Assembly: GCA_003166335.1 (NCBI GenBank)
Contig: PMWA01000126.1
Location: 1-21,501 of the forward strand
Reading direction: 5' to 3'
DNA length: 21,501 bases
DNA from: Methanobacterium sp.
GTDB taxonomy: Archaea > Methanobacteriota > Methanobacteria > Methanobacteriales > Methanobacteriaceae
Under the pieces are notes generated by a model. That model saw only the letters and a list, made by a program, of their open reading frames with translations. It was not told the DNA's origin and ran no database searches. Both the position numbers and the translations under genes were made by a program. Of this stretch, positions 8,304 through 17,542 are shown piece by piece; within the stretch, counting starts at the first letter, position 1; each line of letters begins with the position of its first letter.

Positions 8304-10454
8304 ATGAAGTACATGGGGAATACTTTGATGAAAATGTTTGAAATAAATAAATTTAAGCTTAGAGACTGGATAATTTTAGTGGTACTCTTACTTTTTCTTA
8401 CAGATTTATCTATTATTTTCAATATTCCTAATTTACGACCAGCATTATCTTTTTTATTTTTCACTTTCATCCCGGGAATCTTGATTCTCCAGATTTTAAG
8501 GTTAAATAAGATCGATTTACTTAAAAAAATTGTTTTATGGGTGGGAGTTAGTGTTTCATTCCTATTGATTATCGGTATTATTTTAAATTCTTTATATCCA
8601 ATCTTAATTGCACCATTATCTTTAACTCCTGTTTTAATAGCTTTAAATATCTTTATAATCTTATTATCAACAATTGTTTATTGGCGTAGTAATAAAAACT
8701 TTAACATAAAGGATATTTTTAATTATAAATTTGCTTTGGAAGGTAAATTATTATCCCTGTTGATTTTTCCTTTTTTATTTCCATTATTAGCTGTTTTGGG
8801 AACTTATTTGATGAATGTAAGTCATAATAATATTTTACTTTTAACTATGCTTCTTTTAATACCTGTATATCTCATTGCAGTGGTTTATATGAGGGATAGA
8901 ATTCATTTTGTTACATATCCCTTGGCATTGTGGCTTATTGGTTTGAGCTTACTTCTAATGTATGGTTTAACTTCTAACCACCTTATAGGTATTGATGTTC
9001 ATTTAGAGTATTATTGCTTCCAACTTACTCAATACACTTCACATTGGGATTTAAATGCTTATTACAATCCTTTTAATGCCTGTTTGAGTGTAACTATCCT
9101 CCCCCAAATTTATCAGGTTCTCTCTGGGTTAAGCGGGGAGTATGTTTTTAAATTATTCATGGCTCTCATAGGCTCTGTAACTCCTCTTATAGTTTATTTA
9201 GTGGCGAGAAAATACTTTGCCCGGAAGTATGCATTTTTAGGTGCACTTCTATTTATTTTCCAGTTATTCTTTATGAGTGAATTAGGCGCGGTTAGACAGG
9301 AAATCGCTACAGTCTTCTTCTTCCTAACAATCCTCGTGCTTTTGGACTTTGAAATGGATAAATGGATTCAGAAACTTCTTATAATTTTATTCTTATTCAT
9401 CACGTTAATTTCGCATTACTCAACAGCTTATGTGGCATTTATAATTGTAATACCTATTCTATTATGGCCGTTCTTTGATAAATTAATCAGGGAGAGAAGG
9501 TTGGTTTTCACCAACTTTGATATAATTCTTATTTCCTTGGCAATGATTTTAATTTGGTATCTTTTAGTTGCTAAAGTACAATTTGCAAGCGGTGCTCAAG
9601 TGGTGGCTCAGACTGTCCAGACGACTGCGACTGGTGGTGCATCACCATCTGCTCTGATATCCACTAGGAGTAATTATGTTTTAGGAGTTCTGGGTGTAGT
9701 GCTCACTTCTCTACCGAATACTATAAGTGTCATTATCAATGATTTAATATTCGCCACCATTCTGGTGGGTATAGTTGGTATGATAGCGAAATTACATTAC
9801 TATCATGAAAAATTTAAGATGCAATTTTTTATCGGAATAAGTATATCCCTAGCATTACTAGTTTTATTTGTAACCCTACCTTATATTTCCATAGCCTACG
9901 ATGCTGTTAGGTTATTCTTCCAGTTAGCCATATTTTTAGCACCGGTCTTTGTAATAGGTGGTATAGTAGTAGCTAAAGTCATAAAAAACCCGAAATGGGA
10001 TGTTTACGTTCTTTTAATTCTATTATTATTCTTATTCTCATGCAGTACTTACTTACAGTATAGTTTACTGGGCATGCCTTATTCACCTGAATTCGAGAAT
10101 AATAGTATAGTACGAGAGGAGCTTTTTATTTATAATAATGAGTTAACATCGGCTCAGTGGATATATCAGAATAGAGAAGATAATTTAACAATATATTCTG
10201 ATGAAAACGCTGTTCCACGGTTTTCAACAGCGTATGGAACGAATATTGGCAATATCAGTTTAAATGATACATTATTTGAATGGGATAAAATGATAGGTAG
10301 TGGTTACATCTACTTAGGATATGTTAATGTAAATGATCATAAAGTTATTGAATTGGGTAATAACATTAACAGAACGAATATAGAATCCTATTCCAATCTA
10401 TTCACAGGTAAAAGTATAATTTATGATAATGGAGGAAGCCAGATATGGTGGTAG
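8304..10454 (+). CDS. Large polytopic membrane protein, DUF2206-like; true start may be 8328
   Basis: 716 aa, many hydrophobic segments, with GIDVHLEYY, NACLSVTILP, RQEIA, SHYST and terminal IYDNGGSQIWW motifs that I recognise from archaeal DUF2206 proteins. Confidence 0.78.
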   Translation: MKYMGNTLMKMFEINKFKLRDWIILVVLLLFLTDLSIIFNIPNLRPALSFLFFTFIPGILILQILRLNKIDLLKKIVLWVGVSVSFLLIIGIILNSLYPILIAPLSLTPVLIALNIFIILLSTIVYWRSNKNFNIKDIFNYKFALEGKLLSLLIFPFLFPLLAVLGTYLMNVSHNNILLLTMLLLIPVYLIAVVYMRDRIHFVTYPLALWLIGLSLLLMYGLTSNHLIGIDVHLEYYCFQLTQYTSHWDLNAYYNPFNACLSVTILPQIYQVLSGLSGEYVFKLFMALIGSVTPLIVYLVARKYFARKYAFLGALLFIFQLFFMSELGAVRQEIATVFFFLTILVLLDFEMDKWIQKLLIILFLFITLISHYSTAYVAFIIVIPILLWPFFDKLIRERRLVFTNFDIILISLAMILIWYLLVAKVQFASGAQVVAQTVQTTATGGASPSALISTRSNYVLGVLGVVLTSLPNTISVIINDLIFATILVGIVGMIAKLHYYHEKFKMQFFIGISISLALLVLFVTLPYISIAYDAVRLFFQLAIFLAPVFVIGGIVVAKVIKNPKWDVYVLLILLLFLFSCSTYLQYSLLGMPYSPEFENNSIVREELFIYNNELTSAQWIYQNREDNLTIYSDENAVPRFSTAYGTNIGNISLNDTLFEWDKMIGSGYIYLGYVNVNDHKVIELGNNINRTNIESYSNLFTGKSIIYDNGGSQIWW

Positions 10455-10458
10455 ATAA

Positions 10459-11601
10459 ATGAAAACTAAAATATTATTCGTACATCACACTGCCATGTGG
10501 TTTCGACGACCATTTTTCCGTGCTTTAAGCAAGATTTATGATGTAGAATTCATATTCACCCATGTTGAAAGTTATAATAAAACATACAACATTCAACTCA
10601 GCCAGGTTATCCCGGGGATGGATGGGGTAAATTACAAGGTGATAAATAAAAATTGGGGCTTACCTTGGGAAGCTATAAGAAGAGCTATGGGAGATTATGA
10701 CATATTTCTAGGCGGCAGCTGGGACACCCTAAATGATGTGATAGAAACTTTATTATACTTCATTATAGTGAAATTTAAAAGACGTCCATTCATTCTATGG
10801 AGGGAAGATTGGGATTGGAATGTTCAATCCACTAAAAGAAGCCTAGTTAAAATTCTAGCAGGATTTCTGAGTAGACGGACTGATGCAATCTTAGTTCCCG
10901 GAAGTAAACATAGGGAATTCTTCACAAAACTCGGTGTATCCTCTGAAAAAATATTTATAATGCCTAACGTGAGTAATTTAACCCTTAAAGATGATGATTA
11001 TAATAATCTGATTAAAATACGTGAAGAAATGGGTTTGAAGAATGAAAAGGTTATATTATTTGTAGGGCGTCTTATTAACCTTAAAGGAGTGCAATTTCTT
11101 CTTAAAGCATTCTCAAAACTCCGGCAGAGAATGGAAAATGTGATATTAATTATTGTAGGTAATGGATCATGTCATGAAGAATTAGAGAATTTATCTAGGA
11201 AGTTACAAGTTAATGATAAAGTTTACTTCAGGGGTAATGTGGATAATGAATTGTTAGGAGCTTATTATTTACTGTGTAATGTTTTCGTGTTACCATCAAT
11301 CACGACTCATCATGCTGATGCTTGTCCACTTGTAGTTAACGAGGCTATGTACTTCTCGAAGCCTGTAATTACCAGTGATGCGGTGGGAACCACCTTCATG
11401 ATCAAAAATGGCAGGAATGGGTATGTAGTGCCGGAGAGAAATCCAGAAGGTCTTTGTAATGCTTTATATAATATCTTATCAGACTCTGAACTTGAGAAGA
11501 GGATGGGTGAAGCTTCCAAAATCATTATTAATGAAGGATTCACTTATCAAAACATGATAGCTGGTTTTAATCAAGCAGTTAATTATTTAAATTTTGAATA
11601 A
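10459..11601 (+). CDS. GT4 glycosyltransferase
   Basis: [27 protein letters not shown]; starts 4 nt after the DUF2206 stop, suggesting co-transcription. Confidence 0.9.
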   Translation: MKTKILFVHHTAMWFRRPFFRALSKIYDVEFIFTHVESYNKTYNIQLSQVIPGMDGVNYKVINKNWGLPWEAIRRAMGDYDIFLGGSWDTLNDVIETLLYFIIVKFKRRPFILWREDWDWNVQSTKRSLVKILAGFLSRRTDAILVPGSKHREFFTKLGVSSEKIFIMPNVSNLTLKDDDYNNLIKIREEMGLKNEKVILFVGRLINLKGVQFLLKAFSKLRQRMENVILIIVGNGSCHEELENLSRKLQVNDKVYFRGNVDNELLGAYYLLCNVFVLPSITTHHADACPLVVNEAMYFSKPVITSDAVGTTFMIKNGRNGYVVPERNPEGLCNALYNILSDSELEKRMGEASKIIINEGFTYQNMIAGFNQAVNYLNFE

Positions 11602-11649
11602 AATATTCATGAATAGGTTATTAATAAAAAAAGACTTTTGAGGTTTAAT

Positions 11650-12624
11650 TTATCTTTTTAAGATGACTATTAAATATATTTTAACTATCTGGAGAAAATA
11701 TAAGGGTAGATACCAGTAGTAATGATTATTATGGGATTTTAGAAATTTTAAATTTGATTTAATTTCCATTAATGCTCTTTTAACAGAGTCTGAATTCCTT
11801 TTCTTCCTTGATACCCCTTCTTTATGCCATATATGACTATTTAAAACTATAATTGATTTGTAACCCTGTTTTTTAAGTAGAATTGCTAAGTCAATATCTT
11901 CACAACCAAAAAAGAGTTTTTCATTCAAATATTCAAAAGTAATATCCCTAATTTTCATCATCAAGGCTGCTCCGGAAACCCAATCACATTCTATAATGTT
12001 ATTGTTATAATCTTCAGGATTACTAACCTCTATTAAGTCATAGTATCCGGGATATCTATTGATATCAACTTTCCCACCTAAATTAGCCACCACATCGTTC
12101 CGTCCATTCCAATCATAATAATATATAAGAGGGCCTAAAATACCGAAATTTACATTTTCTTCGGCTGATTGGACCATTTTAGTTAAAAAATCAGGGTTAA
12201 CCACTGTATCATTATTCAACAAAAATATATATTCAGGATTGAGATTTTTAAGAGCGTATTTTATAGCTATATTATTTCCCTTAGCAAACCCGTAATTCTC
12301 ATCATTTTTGATAAGGGTGAGTTTCTGATTCGATGGTAAATCCAAATCTTTTTCAATTTTTATATTGGATTTTAACTCGTTTTTGGTGAGGATTTTCAGT
12401 CTAATTGGTTTATTGTTTTTTTGATATTGGAAAAATGGGGATTGTACTTTTATTTCACCTTGGCAGTATTCCCTTATTTTCTGGATGGATTGATCATTGG
12501 AGTCATTATCTACCAATATCACTTCAAAATTACGATAATTAATTTTAAAGAGGGACTCCAGACATTCCAGGGTGTCAGGCCAGCCGTTCCAGTTTAGGAT
12601 TATAATAGCCACTTGTGGATTCAT
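11650..12624 (-). CDS. GT2 glycosyltransferase (WbbL/RfbF-like; paralog A)
   Basis: IILNWNG, VDNxSxD, NYGFAKGNN, LLNNDT, SGAAL, CEDID, IWHK; GGGAGA RBS. Confidence 0.9.
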   Translation of the reverse strand: MNPQVAIIILNWNGWPDTLECLESLFKINYRNFEVILVDNDSNDQSIQKIREYCQGEIKVQSPFFQYQKNNKPIRLKILTKNELKSNIKIEKDLDLPSNQKLTLIKNDENYGFAKGNNIAIKYALKNLNPEYIFLLNNDTVVNPDFLTKMVQSAEENVNFGILGPLIYYYDWNGRNDVVANLGGKVDINRYPGYYDLIEVSNPEDYNNNIIECDWVSGAALMMKIRDITFEYLNEKLFFGCEDIDLAILLKKQGYKSIIVLNSHIWHKEGVSRKKRNSDSVKRALMEIKSNLKFLKSHNNHYYWYLPLYFLQIVKIYLIVILKR

Positions 12625-12688
12625 AATTTTTAATATCTCCCTAATAATAAATTTTTAGAATTTCATCAAATTTTTTTATTTCCTCTAT

Positions 12689-13750
12689 TTATTTTTCAGA
12701 TTTAGTGGGGAAAAAAATACTTTTAAAGATTTTTAAATAAGATTTCAGAAGTACATCGAAGTATTCACTTGTACTAATATCATTTCTACTTATTACACTT
12801 CCTACAAGAACAAATAATCCTTCTTTGATTAATACTAAGAGAAATAAGAATTTTTGAATAGGATTTCCATAGCGAGTTACATTCTCTGCAGTATTTTCAG
12901 TACTTAAGATAGTCATCTTTGGAAGTACGGATTTTTTAGTGATTGATTGACCTCTTTTATGGTAAACTATTGAGTTAGGAGCATAAATGGCTTTCCAATC
13001 TTTATTATGGGCCCGCCATGATAAATCAGCATCTTCTCCTAGAGTAACGTAGCTTGTATCCAGAAGACCAATCTCAAGAAGCATTTCTTTATTATAAAGT
13101 GCAGCTGCAGCCATGGCACCCATAATCTCCTTATGCTGATCATACTGTCCATGATCCAATTCTCCATGACCTCTATCCACTATTCTTCCCCAGCTAAGCA
13201 CATGCCCAGTTGAATCAATGATGTGGGTATTATAAGCGTTTAATAATTTTGCACCAACAATTCCAGTCTTATCATGAGTTTCCGCGGCTTTAACCATTTC
13301 ATCTAAGAATTTTGGGTCTACTATGGTATCATTATTTAAAAGTAAAATATAGGAAGGGTTCAAATTTTTAAGGGCAAATAATATTCCTACATTATTTCCT
13401 TCGGCAAATCCATAATTCTCATCATTTTTGATGAGTATAAGTTTTTGACTTAGGAGATTTGAATCGTCTCTTTTATAAAGATGATTTTCAGAGTTTCCTG
13501 TTTCATCGTTAGAGTATTCAATTACTGTTATTGGTTTGTTTTTACTCATGTAATTGAAGAACTTTGATTTTACTTTTAATTCACCCTGACAGTAATCTCT
13601 TATTTTTTGGATTGACTGATCCTCGGAGTGATTATCCACAACTATAACCTTAAAATGGGGATAATTAATTTGATAAAGGGATTCTAGGCATTCAATAGTA
13701 TTTTTCCAGCCATTCCAGTTCAATATAATTACAGTAACCAGGGGATTCAT
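12689..13750 (-). CDS. GT2 glycosyltransferase (WbbL/RfbF-like; paralog B)
   Basis: IILNWNG, VDNHSED, NYGFAEGNN, LLNNDT, GEDADL, VYHK. Confidence 0.9.
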   Translation of the reverse strand: MNPLVTVIILNWNGWKNTIECLESLYQINYPHFKVIVVDNHSEDQSIQKIRDYCQGELKVKSKFFNYMSKNKPITVIEYSNDETGNSENHLYKRDDSNLLSQKLILIKNDENYGFAEGNNVGILFALKNLNPSYILLLNNDTIVDPKFLDEMVKAAETHDKTGIVGAKLLNAYNTHIIDSTGHVLSWGRIVDRGHGELDHGQYDQHKEIMGAMAAAALYNKEMLLEIGLLDTSYVTLGEDADLSWRAHNKDWKAIYAPNSIVYHKRGQSITKKSVLPKMTILSTENTAENVTRYGNPIQKFLFLLVLIKEGLFVLVGSVISRNDISTSEYFDVLLKSYLKIFKSIFFPTKSEK

Positions 13751-13812
13751 ATTTTTTTATTCACATAACTTAGATTATTCTTATATTCTATTCTATATTG
13801 TTAAAATTTTAT

Positions 13813-15048
13813 TTAAAGCGATAATTGATTCATTGATTTGATTTCAGAATCTATAACATGGTTCAAGTGCCATAACAATCGTTCTCCAGCTTGTTCCAAT
13901 GTCCAAAATTCTTGAATAATTTTTATTGCATTTTTAGACATTGTATATCTTTTATATTTCTTTAAAAGCAGTTCTCTAGTAGCTTCAGCGAATGAGGTTT
14001 CGTCACGTTCCGTGTGTAAACCTGTTTTCCCATGAATCACGGTTTCCCTTACGCCACCTTCCTTAACAGCCACTACGGGAGTACCGCAACTCATAGCCTC
14101 TAATGGAACTAGACCAAATGGTTCCATATAAGGAGCATAAAGTACTAGTTTAGCCTTATTATAAAGCAGAACCAGTTCATCATCATTTATAAGTTCTAAT
14201 ATTTCTATTTCGACTTTTAAATTAGAGGCTAATTGTTCGAGATATGCTTTCCATTCTGGTTCTGAATAATTTGAAACTATAACTAGTTTAGGGCGTATAT
14301 TAGGTTCAATCAATGCAAGAGACCTGATCATGAAATCATAACCTTTAGACGCTCTACAACTACCCACAGAAAGTACGAAATCTTCTTCAGAGACTTCAAG
14401 TGGTCTGAATAACTTGGTTTCAATTCCAAGATATGATACAAAAGAATTAACACCATAAACACGTAATATGGATTCTCTGGTGAAATAAGAATTAGTTAAA
14501 ATATAATTAGCATGTGAAATATTCTGTTTATCTATTTTTAAATCCACATTATCTGAATAATCATAAACCATTCTCTTTACAGGATTCTGTTGTTTTTTTC
14601 TTTGAGATACAGCTTCTAGAATAGCTTCATTACGAGGTGGTTGTGGACAGTAATAAATCAGAGGTTTTATAACGTATTTAAGGAAAAATGGTGACATAGT
14701 GTACTGGTCCTGTTCACTGAATACAACATCATAATCTCCAGAATTTATTATTTTAGCTATCTTTTCCTCAGTTCTTTCCAAATCCCATAATGATATGGAT
14801 TTTAATTGGGGTGGCAAATATTTGATGGTGGAATATATAGTTCCTTTGATGGTTTTTTCCACGGGGAAGATTTTTAAACTGTTTGCTACATCTTTAAGAG
14901 GTAAAAATTCTTCATTAGCTGTGGATGGGACTAAAACATCTACGATATGTCCTTCTTTATTCAAATAATCTACAAAACCGTGTAAAGCCCTTTTAGCTCC
15001 TCCACTGGGTAAATTATGGAAAACTGCGATTTTCATTGGATATTTCAT
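13813..15048 (-). CDS. GT4 glycosyltransferase; alternative start 15036
   Basis: HNLPSGGAKRA, KGYDF, EPFGLVPLEA, GTPVVA. Confidence 0.9.
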   Translation of the reverse strand: MKYPMKIAVFHNLPSGGAKRALHGFVDYLNKEGHIVDVLVPSTANEEFLPLKDVANSLKIFPVEKTIKGTIYSTIKYLPPQLKSISLWDLERTEEKIAKIINSGDYDVVFSEQDQYTMSPFFLKYVIKPLIYYCPQPPRNEAILEAVSQRKKQQNPVKRMVYDYSDNVDLKIDKQNISHANYILTNSYFTRESILRVYGVNSFVSYLGIETKLFRPLEVSEEDFVLSVGSCRASKGYDFMIRSLALIEPNIRPKLVIVSNYSEPEWKAYLEQLASNLKVEIEILELINDDELVLLYNKAKLVLYAPYMEPFGLVPLEAMSCGTPVVAVKEGGVRETVIHGKTGLHTERDETSFAEATRELLLKKYKRYTMSKNAIKIIQEFWTLEQAGERLLWHLNHVIDSEIKSMNQLSL

Positions 15049-15083
15049 CTCTAAAATATTTTCTTTTATTCGGGGTTTATTTA

Positions 15084-16112
15084 TTAAATTTTAATTCTGA
15101 ATCCGTCAATACTTCCTTTAAATAAAGATTTAAACATAAGCCAATCTCTGCAGTATATTAATTGATATGTAGATTGTATTAGAAGTTCCTTTAGATAATA
15201 ATATAGAAATGAATGATAAACTTTTTTATTGGCATGTTTTCTCATGAAATAAAGCCGGTTTCGATTGTGATAATATGTTTTAAAATAACCTTTACTGGAA
15301 GTACCATATTTATGCCATATCTTAGATTTAAATGCATAAACAGATTTATAACCTGCTTCTCTTCCATTGAAGCACCAATCCACATCCTCCCAGTACATAT
15401 AATAATTGGTATCCAAAACGCCAATTTTTTCTATTACATTTGTTTTAGCTAATAAACAGGCCCCTCCTACGTAATCTAATTCGAGTAATTGATCATATCT
15501 TCCATCATCTTCCTGATCAAAACCTATTTCAGGTGTTTCCGCATGCTGAAAATCTATATTTCCCCCACCAGCTGCTTGTATCATGTTTATTCTATCATAA
15601 AAATAAGTTTTTGATCCTACAAATCCTATTTGCTTACTAGATTCTCCTATTTTTATCATTTCATCCAGGAATTCTGGATCCACTACAGTGTCATTGTTTA
15701 AAAGTAGAATATATGATGATTTAAGATATTTTAGAGCGAAACGTATTCCAATATTAGTTCCCTCAGCAAAACCATAATTCTCATCATTTTTTATGAGAAT
15801 TAGTCTCTTTGAATCAATGCTTACTTTACTCTGTTCCGTTAAGGATTTTTCCAGGTTATCATTTTCCTGATTGGTGATTTCTATGATTTTTATGGGTTTA
15901 TTATCTGTTTTGTACTGGAAAAATTGGGATTGCACTTCCAGTTTTCCATTGCAGTACTTCCTTATTTTTTGGATTGATTCATCGTGAGAGTGATTATCTA
16001 TTACTATAACTTCAAAGTTAGTGTAACTGATTTGGTATAATGATTCAAGGCATTCTAAAGTATCTTTCCAGCCATTCCAGTTTAATATAATCACTGCAAC
16101 ATTAGGAATCAT
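15084..16112 (-). CDS. GT2 glycosyltransferase (WbbL/RfbF-like; paralog C)
   Basis: IILNWNG, IDNHSHD, NYGFAEG, LLNNDT, GGACLL, YWEDVDW, IWHK, RNRL. Confidence 0.9.
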   Translation of the reverse strand: MIPNVAVIILNWNGWKDTLECLESLYQISYTNFEVIVIDNHSHDESIQKIRKYCNGKLEVQSQFFQYKTDNKPIKIIEITNQENDNLEKSLTEQSKVSIDSKRLILIKNDENYGFAEGTNIGIRFALKYLKSSYILLLNNDTVVDPEFLDEMIKIGESSKQIGFVGSKTYFYDRINMIQAAGGGNIDFQHAETPEIGFDQEDDGRYDQLLELDYVGGACLLAKTNVIEKIGVLDTNYYMYWEDVDWCFNGREAGYKSVYAFKSKIWHKYGTSSKGYFKTYYHNRNRLYFMRKHANKKVYHSFLYYYLKELLIQSTYQLIYCRDWLMFKSLFKGSIDGFRIKI

Positions 16113-16158
16113 TTTATTTTTCCTGAATTTTTTTATAAATTCTTAAATGTTTTATTTC

Positions 16159-16224
16159 AAAGAATTATAAGAGAATTTGTAATTTTTATTCAAAGAGTAT
16201 TTTTGAAAGAATTATAAGAGAATT
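16159..16224. repeat. Exact 19 bp direct repeat AAAGAATTATAAGAGAATT (16159..16177 and 16206..16224)
   Basis: Read directly; 47 bp period, with a partial TTTTATT(T)CAAAGA copy between them (16184..16196 versus 16150..16163). Confidence 0.9.
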
Positions 16225-16242
16225 CGAATGATTATTATTGGA

Positions 16243-16260
16243 TTATATAATTATATTTAA
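16243..16260. promoter_or_regulatory. Candidate back-to-back TATA boxes of a divergent promoter
   Basis: TTATATAA on + (16243..16250) and TTAAATAT on - (16260..16253), overlapping the palindrome ATATAATTATAT (16245..16256). Confidence 0.3.
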
Positions 16261-16312
16261 TGAATTAATAGTATTATACTAATGATTTTGAAAGTTTTTA
16301 AATGAGTTAAGG

Positions 16313-17476
16313 ATGAAAAGAAATATGGATCAAAATCGTCTTAAAATTGCTTTTTTAACAGCAACTAATGCCAGAGATAAAAAATCACGTTCTGGAACTC
16401 TTTATCATATGGGTCAAGCTCTCCAGAAACATTGTGGTGACGTGTATTATTTAGGACCATTAGACACTAAGATGGAGAATTTGACTAGATGGTTTAATGA
16501 TGTATCCATAAAACTCTTAAAAAAAAATTACTCATATGAACACAGCATATTACTCTCCAAAAGTTACGCACGAATCATCAAACGTAAACTTCGAGAAGAA
16601 TCATTTGATCTAATTTTTGCACCAGTAGCATCCACTGAAATAGTATTTCTAAACACTGAAATACCCATTGTTTATACGGCTGATGCAACATTTGCTCTTA
16701 TCAGTGATTATTATCCTGATTATTTCTCAAGTCAAATAGTTTTATCTAGGATGGAAGGTAATTTTATAGAAAAATCTGCTATTCAAAAAGCAGATTTAAT
16801 TTTGTATCCATCCAGATGGGCTGCGCAATCTGCAATAAGGGATTACAAGTCAGATAAATCGAAGGTCCATATTATTCCTTTTGGGGCAAATATTGATGAA
16901 GCACCTTCAAAGAAGATTATAAAGGGTAAGAAAAAATTTGGTAACTGTAAATTACTTTTCTTAGGGGTTGATTGGAAGCGTAAAGGTGGTGGAATAGCAT
17001 TTGAAACTCTTTTAGAACTTGAAAAAATGGGTTTTATAGCTGAATTAACTGTTTGTGGTTGTATTCCTCCGGAAGAGTGCGTGCATGATAGAATGACAGT
17101 TATACCATTCTTGGATAAGAATGATAGGATTCAAAGTAAAGAGTTGAATGAATTATTTTTGAAAAGTGACTTCTTACTTTTACCCACAAGAAGCGAAGCT
17201 TATGGTGTAGTTTTCTGTGAAGCAAATGCGTTTGGTTTACCGGTAATAACTACAAATACTGGTGGAGTTTCAAGTGTAATTGAATCTGGTAAGAATGGTT
17301 TCATGTTACCAATTGACGCCACGGGGATTGATTATGCTGAACTTATTAAAGAGATTTACATGGATGATGAAAAATATTATGGATTAGTGCTTTCTAGCAG
17401 AGAAACCTTTGATGAAAAACTTAATTGGGATAGCTGGGCAAAAACTGTTTGTAAATTAATTAATAGAATAATATGA
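16313..17476 (+). CDS. GT4 glycosyltransferase; alternative start 16325
   Basis: SGT N-terminal motif, IPFGAN, LFLGVDWKRKGG, EAYGVVFCEA, GLPVIT. Confidence 0.9.
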   Translation: MKRNMDQNRLKIAFLTATNARDKKSRSGTLYHMGQALQKHCGDVYYLGPLDTKMENLTRWFNDVSIKLLKKNYSYEHSILLSKSYARIIKRKLREESFDLIFAPVASTEIVFLNTEIPIVYTADATFALISDYYPDYFSSQIVLSRMEGNFIEKSAIQKADLILYPSRWAAQSAIRDYKSDKSKVHIIPFGANIDEAPSKKIIKGKKKFGNCKLLFLGVDWKRKGGGIAFETLLELEKMGFIAELTVCGCIPPEECVHDRMTVIPFLDKNDRIQSKELNELFLKSDFLLLPTRSEAYGVVFCEANAFGLPVITTNTGGVSSVIESGKNGFMLPIDATGIDYAELIKEIYMDDEKYYGLVLSSRETFDEKLNWDSWAKTVCKLINRII

Positions 17477-17542
17477 AATAGAAATTATTTTTCTAAATTA
17501 AAGTTTTTTAAACAAAAAAAGTTTTCATGGAAGATTAAAATT

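Noticed and set aside
8285..8470. 61 aa ORF on -
   Set aside because: Antisense to the DUF2206 start.
11310..11543. 77 aa ORF on -
   Set aside because: Antisense shadow of a GT4.
11604..11615. Palindrome TATTCATGAATA and similar CATGA words after stop codons (near 4441 and 19290)
   Set aside because: Short AT-rich words with inconsistent spacing; cannot be distinguished from chance by eye.
15213..15452. 79 aa (+) and 60 aa (-, alternate frame) ORFs
   Set aside because: Nested in an intact GT2 gene.
16159..16224. Direct repeat as a mini-CRISPR
   Set aside because: Only two 19 bp copies, too short for a CRISPR repeat; the spacer partly repeats the flank; no cas genes.
11602..16312. Minus-strand GT block as an invertible segment or shufflon
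   Set aside because: No inverted repeats seen at the two boundaries, no recombinase, and the paralogs are all in direct orientation.
16519..16527. A9 run in a GT4 as a phase-variation tract
   Set aside because: In frame (Leu-Lys-Lys-Asn) and expected at this AT content; no poly-G/C tracts seen.
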